From assembly GCA_965153355.1 (NCBI GenBank), contig OZ231126.1:28334001-28398000 (forward strand): 64,000 nucleotides of DNA, read 5' to 3'. Positions 26,681 to 43,195 of the stretch are shown piece by piece (within the stretch, counting starts at the first letter, position 1; every line of letters starts with the position of its first letter). Source of the DNA: Flaccisagitta enflata (Eukaryota). A program made the translations under genes and the position numbers. The notes under the pieces are model-generated. The model searched no databases. It saw only the letters and a list, made by a program, of their open reading frames with translations, and was not told the origin of the DNA.

Positions 26681-27297
26681 GTAAGTTATGTAAATCGTCA
26701 TAATTCGATTAATTAGATTAAAAGGGAAAAAAGTGAAAATGACAAATTTGTAATTGTATGAATGAAAACAAATCTAATTTTGGCTACAAAGAATGCAAGG
26801 ATCGCAGTTCCAACTCAAAACGGCCCACCCGATAGAGGAGATGGCGAAGAGCAAGTTGGAAAAGGCCAGAGCCAGAGTTCAATTTTGATGGTTACATATG
26901 AGCTTGGCAGTCCTATCCCCCTCACCTTGCTCACTTTGCTCACCTCGTTCAATATCGATGATTACGTCTGGACCTTCGCAGTTTTCCAGGAAATTGAAGG
27001 TCAGTTTCTCAGTTCAAAACGAGCATCAAATTGCCATTGCCTTTTTTCCTTATCTCGCTAAAGCACCTGCCCCGTGGCCTCGGACTAATGGAAGAAAGGG
27101 AAGCAAAGACGCACACTCTAGATGCACACTGCAGATGCTAGTCATGCTAGACTACTGGGTTGGATAGACATGTGTGTGTGTACACTTGTGTACTATGAGA
27201 TGGGCGGGCGGAAGAGAAAGATGAAAGCAGAACGAGAGGACAGTGTAACCGTTTTCTTTTTTGTTCATTGCAAGTAATGCGATTGAAGTATCAACCG

Positions 27298-27379
<82 letters not shown>

Positions 27380-29078
27380 TACACGGGCGGGTAAGAACAT
27401 ATCATCTGAAGTGTTTGCTCACACGAACCTGTTTTATCGCTAAGGGCAATGTAGTTTCAACTTTCATTGCTATGGAGGTAAATTGGAGAATTCTGGCCTT
27501 CTTTTGTAAGGGCAATGTTGTTTCAACTTTCATAACGATACTTTATTAGGTTTCTTTTCCATTTCTCAATCACAAAAAACAATAATTTCTTCAACATTTA
27601 ATGTTACATGATCTTGTCAAATGTCATTGTCTCCGTTCCGCAGCTGATGATAGCGATAACGTGTGCGTGCGGATGGATTGTGTCCGTGTGTGTCCTTGTG
27701 CGTGCGGAAGGATTTTGTCCGTGTGCGTGCAGATGGATTTTGTCCTTGTGCGTGCGGATGGATTGTGTCCGTGTGTGTCGCTCTTCGTCTCTTCGTCTTC
27801 GTTTCTATCTTCTTGTATCTGCCATTGTCAATCTCTTATCTTTCCTTCTGTCTTTTCTGCCTAAAAAAATTTCAGTCGCGTGCAATGCCTTTCTTCAAGC
27901 TACTCATCGGTCCGTTCATTGGTCCATCCGTCGGTCCGTCAGTCAGTCTCATATCTGTCTATTATGCACGGGATTCTCGTCGCTTGTTACATCGCCGCTC
28001 CTGCCCACCTACTGAGGTTGCCGTGTATCAAGCCTTGTTTCGGTTCCTTTGTTTCTCTCTTTTTCCTTTTGTTTTTCTTCTTTTCTTTTTTTTGTCAACT
28101 AGCGTCTCTACACCTAAACTTTTCATTCAATTTATTCAATTTAAATCATTCATTCAGAAATTCATTCGGTTTTCCGTTCATTCATCGTTTAACGCAGTTA
28201 TCTGTATTCATTTACTCTTTGCTTAGTCTTCCCGGCGATTTGACCTTCTCGATTCTCTTTTCCCATTCAATTAATTTCTCGTCAGATTTTTCCTCTCACA
28301 AGCAAATGGAAGGATTGACACAGCCCGGCTCTTTTAGATCAGATGCCGGCATGATCATGATGTTGTGCACTGCGCATTGATTGTAATCACACTTGCAATG
28401 TGCAAAAATGTTTGCCAGTCCTGAGGGCAAGCAGCGATTCGCACTTCTGGCAGCTGTTCAGAATTCCTGGATTGATGGAATTCATAGATAATTTTGATCA
28501 CATCACGAGCAGATTCGGCCTGATGACTAGCTTGTCAGTTGAAAATTCTAGTTTTTCTCCCGATTCACTATCTCTCTGTCTTTTTAGTCGCTGCCTAAGC
28601 GACTCTATAAGAGGGTGTGTCCCTTGGTAGGTACGTATGTATGTATGTATGTTGGTTGGTAACGCGAAAATTTTGATGACGCGAAATCAACTGAAAACGG
28701 ATTTCTGACCATCAGAGCCCCTGCCTGGCGTCAATACAGCCCCCGCCCACTCATATACTGCCCCTGTCCATTCATATACTGCCCCTGCCCACTCGCATTA
28801 CTGTCCCTGCCCACCAGCAGCGACTACGGATTGGCCGTGTATCCGGCCTTGTTTCTCCAATCTTCAGTTTACTATCTATTCTCAGTCGCTTGTCACGCAT
28901 CACTATTATAAGCCACTTTTTGCTTCGTTGGTCCGTCGGGCGTGCGGTTGGTCCGTTGGTCCGCCCGTCCGTCATACACGCCTGCAGCACTTGTCAAAGT
29001 ATCTGATTCATCACTGTCCCTCCCCACCCGCAAGCGACCAAGGCGAGGATGCCATGTACCCGGCTTTGTTCCATTTTC

Positions 29079-29118
<40 letters not shown>

Positions 29119-31231
29119 TCACTCTTTATTCTCTTCTTTTTGCCCTGCATCAAACACGTTGTTATCGAGGCGTGCGCATGTACAACGTCTTTCACTGCAG
29201 CAAATTCCTTCTTTCTTCGACTCCAAAAATCCATTATTTTCAATCTGATAAGAAGAACCCAATGCCAATGTCAATGGGCCTTTGGTATTGGACCAATGAT
29301 CGCGAGATATGAGACTCCACTTTGGACACTATAGAAATGGGAACTGCGAATCGTGGCAACGTATAAGGAAGTAGTATCAAGGGAAAAAGTGATTTGAACT
29401 GGGGAAAACGGTGAAGGAGAAATTGAAAGGCAATTTCACTAGAGTAGCCGTTCAGTTTGTGATGCCATAGTTGGTGGAATTTTCCATCAGAGATTGGGTT
29501 TGACTACGCGTTAGAACGGGTGAGGCGGAATAGTTTTAGTCTGTGAAATGGGAAATTGGGCACGACTTGAGGCTATTAAGACAAACGGGAGAAAAGTTAG
29601 CGCGGATTTTGGAGGTGTCAATCTGATTTATGGTCGAATCTTCTCTCCTCTCGCGAGCCATAATTGCTTTTCGCGGAAGAAAGCAACGTTGCACAGTCGG
29701 AAATTTCACGCTTTTTATGTGCGCCAACGCACCTCTATAACTGGCTGTGTGCGTCGGTTAGTCTGTCGGTAACGCAAACGTTTAAACATCCACACGGGCC
29801 ACGGCGCACTTTATTGGCCTACTTGGCCTTGTTTAGGCAATTAGTTTCTTTGGCGGTGAGGACGCCGCACCGAGGCGTTTATCTCTCCTGTACTATTTAC
29901 TACTCAGAGGAAATAAGATCATTTCGAGGGTATCCAAATGTGGCCAGGAGGAGTGAAGCTTTTTCACCCTTGTCAGTGTATCACGCAGCACGTAATTATT
30001 TGTCTGTGAAGTAGATCTGATGGCGTTTGGATCTGCGTAAAATCCTCACTTTACAGAAGGCCAAATAATAAAATGGAATTTGTTTAAAATTTCTTTCAAA
30101 TTTTGTGATGATCTAGAACAATAAAATGTCTGTACCCTTATTTTTTATCTTCTTTTCCATTTTTTTGAATTCATTTTTGTTTTTCTAAAAAAGTTGTTAG
30201 GTTGGTCAAACAAACATAACTTATGACTTATGAGTTACGGTGGTAATAGAATATTGATAGGAATAATAACAAGTGACGTGAGGTCACAATATCGTTGCGG
30301 ACAGGTGGGCAGGGACCCCCATCCACACTCTACATCCATACACAAAAAGCATCTAAAATACTCGTTCTCCTACGTTTCGACTCGTGTCCACGAACCAATG
30401 CAACGGACCGACGAACGGACAAAGCCTCTTACAGAGTTGCGTATCCGCAACTAAAAAGTAAGAGAACAAACTTTTTATCATTTGACTTATGGCGGGTTGG
30501 TAATTTCATGGTAAACAAGGCCGGATACACGGCAGGACAGTCGCGGACGGTTGGACAGGGGCCGTAATGCAAAAACCGCTTGAAATTCAGAAATATTTGT
30601 TACGTACCGACCTACCCACCGACACGCCAAGGTGTAGAGTCGCGTGTCCGCGACTAAAAATCCAGCCAACCAACGAAATTCTTAGAGCTGCTTGAAATAT
30701 GTGACACATTGCGTTTGACGCTTACGCTTAGCGTCCCACTCCTTTTTCTCAGAGATGAAATGTTTATCGGGTTTCTGTGCAACGTGAAATTTGAGTTAAA
30801 ATAGAACTGAAGAGGTCCTTTTTAACAGACATTCGCATCCTCATTGAGCCGCAACAAAGGCTTACGCAGGCTGGAAACAACAGTAACAACAACAGCAACA
30901 ACAACAGCAATAACAACAGCAATAACAACAATAGTTAATTTATTCAATTCGCGGCGTTTTTGAATGGTGTCGCATTTGTTCACTTTAATTTTGATACTTC
31001 AACAGCTTTTCACCGGCAGACGTCAATTCTTTCTTGGTCTTCACCCCTCACATCCGCTTCCTATTCTCCCCCCCCCCTTCCACTTTTTTCGTCTTCATCC
31101 CCAAGTCCGCCTCTTATTCCCTTCCACTTTTTTCGTGGCTGCATCATTTCTTTCTCTAACAGTCCCAAGCCTGGACCCGTACCCAGATCCAGATACAAAC
31201 CAACGCCTAGGCCCAGGATCCATGTGTAATA

Positions 31232-31576
31232 CTAATGGAGTGGGCTCAATTTGGGCATTTGATTGAAAAATTATTTCCAAGCACTTTTCATGTTCCATTT
31301 GCATATTAAAAGCCCAATCTCATCAGAAAATTGATTTGGACTTGATATAGGCACCACGTCATTACTGCTTTAATGGTACAGAATGTCTATAAGAGAAATT
31401 TCTCTCATAACTTTAGCAATCAAATCTATAAAACTACAGCATTGGTGGCGTGGTGCCAAGATCAAGTCCAAATCAATTATCCAAAGAGATTGGGCTCTTA
31501 ATATGCAGAAGGAACATGTAAAGTGCTTGGAAATAGTGTTTCGTTTGAATGCCGAAATTGAGCCCACTCTAATGTG
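31232..31576. mobile_element. Palindromic MITE, about 345 bp
   Basis: GAGTGGGCTCAATTT..TTCCAAGCACTTT mirrored by AAAGTGCTTGGAA..AAATTGAGCCCACTC; arms pair nearly to the centre. Confidence 0.75.
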
Positions 31577-31771
31577 TGATGACATGGGAAAAAATCCGTG
31601 CTGATATGGAAGACTTGAGGTGACGACTGGTATTAATCTCAATCGCGACATCGATTTGATGCTTAGCTGGTAATTCTTAGCTGGTAATACTTAGCTGGTA
31701 ATGCTTGGCTTTTCTTTGCCCTGACGAGCTTAGGGTAACAAATCAATGTAAGAAAGTTGGACAACACTATA

Positions 31772-33139
31772 CAGGGAATACCGCGCAAACCGGGACAAAA
31801 GAAAACGACATGTTTTCTCTTCTAAAAATGACAAATATGATTTGAAAATAGATCCTGGTAGATCTTTTAAACCGATTTTACATCATTAAGAAAAATCATA
31901 ACTGAAAAGTACACTAAGAGTACACGAATAGATGGAAAAAAAGCCAAAATTTGACAAATTTCTTGTAATTTCTTCCAAAATCGTGTGAAGTACTTGAATT
32001 GTACGCTTCTTTTGTTAACTATTGCAACAAAGATTGGATGAAAAACCTTGGATTTGTCTTAAAATGTATGAGGAATCAATGTAGTTTCATGAAAAAGCTT
32101 TACTATCTTGGAAAAAAAAAAGTCCAAGCTGGATATAAAAAATGATTTGATTTCGAATTTGATAGAATAATGACCATTTTTATTAGTCTACTATTTAAAA
32201 TAACCTTTTTAGAGTTTAAAAACTGCTTGTATCTGTAAGGGCATGCCTTGGTAAAGAGTAAAATGCCATTTTGAAGTACAATCCCTCCACACAATTTCAC
32301 ACAATTTCTGAGAATCAACATTCTCACTCTTTTTGATGTAGAACCCAAACGAAAAAAGCTAGGAGTCTCTGCTTGGCGGCAATAGATAGCCCTAATCAAG
32401 AGCTCCAAAATGGTCACCAATTTTCATTTCAAATTTTGCATATCAAAGCGACACTGTAACAAAACCTCATCAATTCATATTCTATTCAATTTTTCTGTCA
32501 ATTTCCTGAAATCAATATTTTCACTTATTTTGATGTGAAATCTAAACAAACAAAGCTTTGAGTCTCAGCTTGGCGCCATCTGCTAGCCCTGTTTATTAGC
32601 TACATTTTGGTCACCAATTTTCATATCAAATCATGTATATCAAAGCTGTAATATGATTAAATATCCTGGACTTTTATTTTTTCCAAGATAGTAAAAACTG
32701 ATTTCCAGGTTTCTTTTGTTGAAAATTCTTCCTCAATTGAAGACAAAAAATCGAAAATCCAACTTTTGTATCGAGAAACTCAGTTAAATTTTCTAAAATT
32801 ATCAAAAGTAGGCCAAATGAATGGTGGATTATGAAATAACATCGAATTATCTATCATTTAAGACCAATCCCAGCATAGTAGCTCGATTCGTCTAGATTTG
32901 GCAAGAGTATGAAGAAATGTTGTTAAAACATCACAATAACAAATTTTTGCAATTTCAGATTTCCTGATTTACATATGAGGTAATACTAAGGCCAACGTAT
33001 TGGTCTCACCATGACAAAGTTTTTAAATAACAAAATCGGTTCAAAAGCTCTCTTTGGAACTGTTTTCAGAATTGATCCATCATTTCTAGATGCAGAGATG
33101 TGTCGTTTTCTTTCGTCCCGGTAGGCGGGGTATTCCCTG
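31772..33139. mobile_element. Tc1/mariner-type non-autonomous element, TA TSD
   Basis: TA|CAGGGAATACCGCGCAAACCGGGAC ... GTCCCGGTAGGCGGGGTATTCCCTG|TA. Confidence 0.8.
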
Positions 33140-33531
33140 TAGGTAGGTATCTCTTATCATGATTGCCGAACACTAAACTTTGTATCAGACATTTTAAAGC
33201 CCTCAATTCTTTTTAAAAAAATCGTAGGCAGAGGACACAAAAACATTTTCCATCATTTATGCTGCACAATCAAGGGAAAAAAGATTTCCTCGTTTTTGTT
33301 ACTAGAAATTGGCAAATTTCATTTCTCGACAGAACGCAGAAAAATCATTTTTCAAACCAAATCCCTAATGATCGTTGTCAAAGTATCTTCTATTCTAAGT
33401 TCTTCTATCTTCTTTATTTTCTTTCTAGCTTTCTGAACTCTTGCTAACTGTTTTCTTTCCTCACTGCTTACATGGCAATTTGTCTCTCCCGCTTTCTGCT
33501 CTCTTTGCCAATCTTCGCTTATGTCTTTTTG

Positions 33532-33582
<51 letters not shown>

Positions 33583-33684
33583 GCCCTGTGTCCCATGATG
33601 ATATCAACCCCTTTTTTGGCGCCATCTCTCACAAATTCCATCATTAATCATCTTTTGTTTCTTCTTCTTTAGTCTTATGAAATT

Positions 33685-36817
<3,133 letters not shown>

Positions 36818-37430
36818 TTGACCTAGCCTAATTACCAGTGGTAGCTTATGACCTTAGCTTATGAGTTTCCATGTGTGAGTTGAAGTTACTCGTTGACACA
36901 ATTTGGCAACGCAAACGCTACAAGAGCACCTTTCATCACTGCGCCTCTTCGCGTGAGTAAGCAGCTCATTTTTTTTTTTTGCGAAACCTTTGCATTGCCT
37001 AAGACGGCGAGCATTTGAAGGCATTATTTAGTGTGTCATCCTTTTTTTTCACTGTAGTTGAATAATCATGATACCGTAAATACTTTTATAGGACAAATTG
37101 TCTCTTTTTCCTTATTACTGCTGTAAAATTTTGTATTTTCAAAAACATTGCCCTCTCTGTAATGAATTTTGGAGGACAGCTATGTTCTTCATTTATGTGT
37201 TTTTATTTACTATGCAATTAAGAAACATGAAATTTTGAATATTTTCCAGTGAAAATATTTAGGTAATGGTAGCTATACTCGCTCTTTTGTCCTAATTCAA
37301 TGCAAATTTTGCAACCAGATAAGTATCAAAATATACTTCAATGATAAAATTGGTATGCTTAAATCATTTCATTTTTACTCTTGACACTCTACATATCTTA
37401 AATTTTTAAAAAATTTTTATCCTTGACACG

Positions 37431-38877
37431 CTAAATCTTGCTTTCGGATGCTCGTCGTCGTACGCTGCATGAGTTAATTTTGACACCGCGCGTTTGCTTA
37501 TGTTTACGTAAACCAGCTGCTTGGTTAAAACCCTTGTCGCAAACTTCGCACTTGAAAGCCCGTTTATTCTCATGGATCGCTTGGTGTAATTTCAAACTTG
37601 ACTTATTTTGAAATGATTTGCCGCATGTTTCGCAATCATTTTGTCCAGTTTTAATCGTGTCCAGTTGTCCTTCTCCTTCGAAATGAGACTGTTCGTGCAT
37701 TCTCTTGTGGTTCTTCCATTTAAAAGTCCTTGAACAAAATCTGCAATTCAAGGGCTTTTCTTCATCATGGATTTTGCTATGCTCCTTCAACAAAAAACTC
37801 CGAGTGAATGATTTTCCGCATTGCTCGCAATTGAAGGCTTTCTCACCGTCGTGACACTTTGCATGACGCGACATATTTGTGTAGACGGTAAATTTTTTGG
37901 GACATATTGGGCATCCGAAAGGCTTCTCCTTAGTGTGAACGATTTCGTGAATTTTGAGTTCATCCAAAGAATGAAAGCGTTTTCCACATTGCAAACACAG
38001 AAACCGCTTCTCCTCGGAGTGTCGTTCTTGATGGCGAGTGAGTTCGCTTTTGGTGAAAAAAACTACGGCTACAGTCATCACATTTGAAGGGCTTTTTATC
38101 ACTATGCCTTCGTTCATGATCTCGGCGATTTCCTGTGGTTTTAAAAGTCGAAGGGCAATACCTGCATTGGTATGGTACGTCGTTATGGATTGGTTCATGC
38201 ATTCGTAATTCGGGTTTTGATTTAAAGGTCTTTGGGCACTTGTCGCATTTGTGTGGTCTCTCTGATGAGTTAATGACTTCATGTTTTTTCAAGTTTTGTT
38301 TGGTGTTACAGCGGAAATCGCACACGGAGCATTTGAATGGTTTCTCTCCTGTGTGTATCCTTATGTGAACTTTTAGGTCTCCCGAAATTTTGAAACTTTT
38401 TGAGCAGTAGTCACACGATAACTTGACCCTCGCCTTGGCAGAGCTCATTTTGATACTGCCGCTACAATGATCTTCGTTGACTTCGTGCATTCGTAAGTAT
38501 GTTTTTGTTTTGAAGGCCTTTTGACATTGTTCGCATTTGTGAGGCTTTTCAGATAAGTGAACGATCACGTGTTTTTTTAAGTCGTCTTTTGTTTTGCATC
38601 CAAATTCACATAAAGAGCACTTGAATTTATTTTTTCCCGTATGCACTGCCAAGTGACGTTTAAGTCTGCTAGCATTTTCGAAGTCTTTCAGGCAGACCTC
38701 GCATTTAGTGGTCTTATCGCGATGAATTCTTTCGTGAGCTTTCAGCTTTACTTTGTCTGCAAAGAATTTTCCGCCTTTGTCACACTCAAACTCATTCATA
38801 TTTTTTGGGTTTGGACCATCCATGTGGTTTAGTGCTTCGTGAGATTTTAGGGCGTATGCAGAGAGAAAGGTAAACAC
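37431..38877 (-). CDS. C2H2 zinc-finger array gene (about 15 fingers), split by a one-base frameshift in an A7 run at 38056-38062; start uncertain
   Basis: Tandem CxxC..HxxxH with HTGEKPF-type linkers in two overlapping ORFs; removing one base restores CDDCSRSFFTKSELTRHQERH. Confidence 0.85.
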
Positions 38878-38969
38878 ATAAATTTTGCAAAAATGTGACT
38901 TGGGGATAACTTGTTGTGGTTGTTGTTTTTGCTGTTGTTGTTCTAGAGTTGATTGTTGTTCTAGAGTTG

Positions 38970-39101
38970 TGTTTTTGTTTGTTTTTGTTTTTGTTTTTGT
39001 TTTTGTTTTTGTTTTTGTTTTTGTTTTTGTTTTTGTTTTTGTTTTTGTTTTTGTTTTTGTTTTTGTTTTTGTTTTTGTTTTTGTTTTTGCTTTTGTTTTT
39101 G
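38970..39101 (+). repeat. (GTTTTT)n hexamer array
   Basis: Read directly. Confidence 0.95.
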
Positions 39102-39596
39102 TCCTGTGATTTCACAATTGATTACGTGATTGATTTGACACCAGATGAAGTCTGCAAATCCTTGTTGCTCAAGTTTCGCTTGGGTTTTTTATTTTACGCA
39201 ATCTTTGACAACATTATTATTATCAATTTTATCCGAGATACTCGCTTTTGTAAACTATGGAGTAGATCAGTCTCTTGCGTAAAATCATTTCATCAAGATT
39301 TCGACGTCAACCGTTTTTTTGCCACATTCGTAGAATGGGGAAATAGTGGAGAAGGCTTTGCATCGACAAAATTCTCCTTCAGTATTACTTTTTCATGAGA
39401 CATCACTATTGGTTTGACAACGAAAATTTGGGAATGGCTTATAAATGTATTTTAGATCGGGTAGACACTCCGAGAAACAATATATGTAGTTCAATCACAT
39501 GCGATAGACAATAGATCCACCACGATCAATAGTTTTGCCGACCATTCCAGACCTTCACTCCTCGGCCCAACTCTATTGTCTTGGCCTTTGCTCATT

Positions 39597-39679
<83 letters not shown>

Positions 39680-41109
39680 CAGAGAGTCGAGAAAATTGAG
39701 AGCGGAAAACTTGCTAAAGCCAAACGGGCGGGAGAGTGAGAGAGATATTCAGACGTGATGGTAGAGATGCCTAAATCATGTCGTACTTTAATTTTAAACC
39801 ATTTTCCAAATCTAAGTTGTCCAGGAAGTGATGTTAACGTAAAATTTGATGGACAGTTAAATAACAAACAGATTATGGGCAATGGGGGGGGGTCGATATC
39901 AACCAAGTTTGGAAATGCCAATCGGACATATGACCAGGCCGTGCGCATGGACAAATCAACTTAATAACTAGAAGGAAAAGTTCATGAGACTTCATCATTT
40001 ACAATTGTGCCAACCCTACCTTTCCCATAGTAAAGTATACGAGCCTCCTCTTCCTCTTCTTTGTCCCTATTCATTACAATGTAAGTAAGGGGTATGGCAC
40101 GACTGTAAATGATATGATTTGACCCCCCTCCTTTCACATGCGTTTTTATTTTATTATTGTGCACACTTTAGCTATATCTCCAAGTGCCATTACCAAAGTT
40201 GGTTGATACCGACCCCCCCAATGGGCAACAATGGTGTGTTCAGGAATTGCAAAAAATGCTAAAAACGCCTGTGCCAAAAGTTTGGGTACGGTACATGGTG
40301 TATATAATGAGAGGGAACCATCGGTGGGACTTTTTGTCTAACCATATTAGTGCTCGGATGAGTTTTAGTTGGCCAAAAATGGCCTATAATGGCCATATCT
40401 AACTATGGACCCTCTAACTTGCAAAATGGCAAAAACAGTCAAATTTTCACCACCCAACATACTTTTTTGGCTTAATGGAGTCAGAATACACTAAGGTAGG
40501 TGGTAGAGTGGATGGGTGGGAGGGGTCACCCATGGGGTGGGGGTAAGGGGGCCAAATTGGCCAAAATTCACCTCCTGATGGAGGTGGCTGTAAAAAATGA
40601 CAAAAATCAAAAAAGTTGATTTTTTTGGCAAGAATAGGTGTTAACTAGTGCGTTTCAGCAAAAAAATTGGATTCATTTTGGAAAATGAACAAAAAATGAT
40701 CAAATCAAAGTGTTGATGGTTGTTGGTAATTTTGGGGTATGAACCATTCAACTTCAATTGCTTATAACTTTTTTATGCTGAGAAGAAAAAAAATATGGTT
40801 GATCTCATCTGAAAGATCTTTCAAAACTTTTTCAGAATCGCACAGATTTCAACTCATTTCGTTTAAAAATGGCAATACAGTGATCTTCCAAAGTACAGTA
40901 GATATTGATTTCTTGGGCGATAGAACCATTCAACTTTGACTGTTAATGAATTTTGAATACTTTAAAGCATTCAAATTTGGTTGGTCTCATCTGAAGGAGC
41001 TTTCAAAACTCTTTCAGAATCTCATGAATTTCAACTCATTTGGGTCAAAAATGGCGGTACAGTGATCTCACAATTTACAGTAAATATTGATTTCCTGGGC
41101 GATAGAACT

Positions 41110-41684
41110 CACAATATAGTTTGAGGGAAAATAACTGGACCCGTTTTTGGTTGTTGGACCCATTTTTTTTATCTTATTTTCATTGATTGGACCCATTTTT
41201 ATTAGTCAGAGGACCCGTTTTTTAGAGACTTAGAAAATAAAAAACGGGTCCACTGACTGACAAAAACAGGTCCGTTCACCAAAAACAGGTCCGCAATCAA
41301 TAGGTTATAATAAGAATATGCGGTAAAGCTATTTTTTAGGAAGCAATTTTCCTCATCACTGTACTGGTCTCACTATGCAGTGGTGAGTTATTCTCATGCA
41401 TGATATTGAACAGAGCTCCTCTTTTTTCACCAAGAGGACCCGTTCTGACTATAATAAAAAGGTGAATAGACCTGTTTTTTTTTAGTCAGAGGACCCATTT
41501 TTCATGGACCCGTTTTTTGCACTTATGGGACCCGTTTTTCATGCTCATAGGACCCATCAAGTGAACCTATTTTTGACAGTCAGGGGACCCGTTTTTATGG
41601 GTCCCTAATGTAAAAATAGGTTCTACAACCAAAAAATGGGACCCGTTTTTATCTATTGAGAAAACAAGTTTAAACTAGGTTGTG
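41110..41684. mobile_element. Transib-like MITE (CAC..GTG ends, 5-bp TSD) nested in the foldback element
   Basis: GAACT|CACAATATAGTTTG ... AAACTAGGTTGTG|GAACT; interrupts a host repeat unit; many internal GGACCCGTTTTT motifs. Confidence 0.7.
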
Positions 41685-42247
41685 GAACTATTCAACTTTG
41701 GCTGTTTATAGATTTTGAATACTTTAAAGCATACAAATTTGGTTGGTCTCATCTGAAAGAGCTTTCAAAACTCTTTCAGAATCTCACAAATTTTAACTCA
41801 TTTGGTTCAGAAATGGCGGTATAGTGATCTCACTAAGTACAGTAAATATTGATTTCTTGGGTGATGGAACCATCCAACTTTGACTGTTTATAGATTTTGA
41901 ACACTGTAGAGCGTAAAAATTTGGTTGATCTCATCTGAAAGATCTTTCAAAACCCTTTCAGAATCTCATGGATTTCAACTCATTTGGTTGAAAAATGGTG
42001 GTACAGTGATCTCACAAAGTACAGTAAACATTGTTTTTTTTTGGATGATGGAACCATTCAACTTTGACTGTTAATAATTTGAAACACTTAAAAGCATACA
42101 CATTTGGTTGATCTCATCTGAAAGATCTTTCAAAACTTTTTCAGAATTTCATGGTTCCAAAAATGGCAGTGATCTCTCATAGTACAGTAAATATCCATCC
42201 AAAAGAATATTGTCACTGCTTTCTTACTATTTTGTATTCATTCTTCT

Positions 42248-42325
<78 letters not shown>

Positions 42326-43014
42326 CTTCTGTGTACAAGACCTTGACATCATCTTGAAGCCAATGTTCAGTTTTGCAAACATGCATCTTGTGCTTCCTAA
42401 GCACTTGTTCGACCACCAATTCAGCCACCAACTGAAGCAAATTGCCAGCAAGAAATAAAAACAAAAACAGAAGTAAGAGGAAGTTTGAGGAAGTCTTTGG
42501 TCCGTGAAGCGCATCTACCAAACTGAGATCGCCAAAATCGCTTGAGAATTCAGGAACTTTATTTTTGGAGACTGTAGTCCTATTCTCAAGGCTTTAATCC
42601 CTACCTCAAGGCTTAAATCCCTGTCTCAAGGCTTAAATCTCAGCCTTGAACTCAAATCCTAGCTTCAACAAACAAATAAACGAATGAAAGTCCCCCTGTG
42701 TTCTACAGGACATCCTCACCTTTGGGGCCGCTGCCCTGCTGACCATCACCTACAATCACAAACATACTAAGCAGGGCAAGTGGGCAACAGGTATCGCTGA
42801 CCACATATTGCCCTTGGGTAGGGTGTCTGGAGAGGGGTGGTATTTGCAACAAGGTAATGGGGTATAACTAGTCATCCAAGGATCGCACATGGTCAGCGGT
42901 ACCCGATGCCCTGCTTAGAGTGATTAGCTGAAGAAGCTGAGTGGGAGCAGGGCAGCGGCCCCAAAGGGCCGATGTCCTGTAGGACACAGGGGTGAATTTC
43001 CAACCTTGATGGCA

Positions 43015-43195
43015 ATTTTCCATGTTATTCAAAAGGAATTTTGCATTTTTTCAATTTCTGGTCGATTTACCATGTTATTCAATAGGAATTTTGCATTTTT
43101 TCAATTTGTCATCAATTTACCATGTTATTCAATGGGAATTTTGCATTTTTCACAATTTTCCTTAATTTTCTATGTTATTCAATGGGAAATATGCA
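43015..43195 (+). repeat. Four 50-bp tandem units (CATGTTATTCAA..GGAATTTTGCATTTTT)
   Basis: Read directly. Confidence 0.85.

Noticed and set aside
26228..26701. 157-aa hydrophobic minus-strand ORF
   Set aside because: Looks like the antisense shadow of the + strand coding-like frame; no motifs
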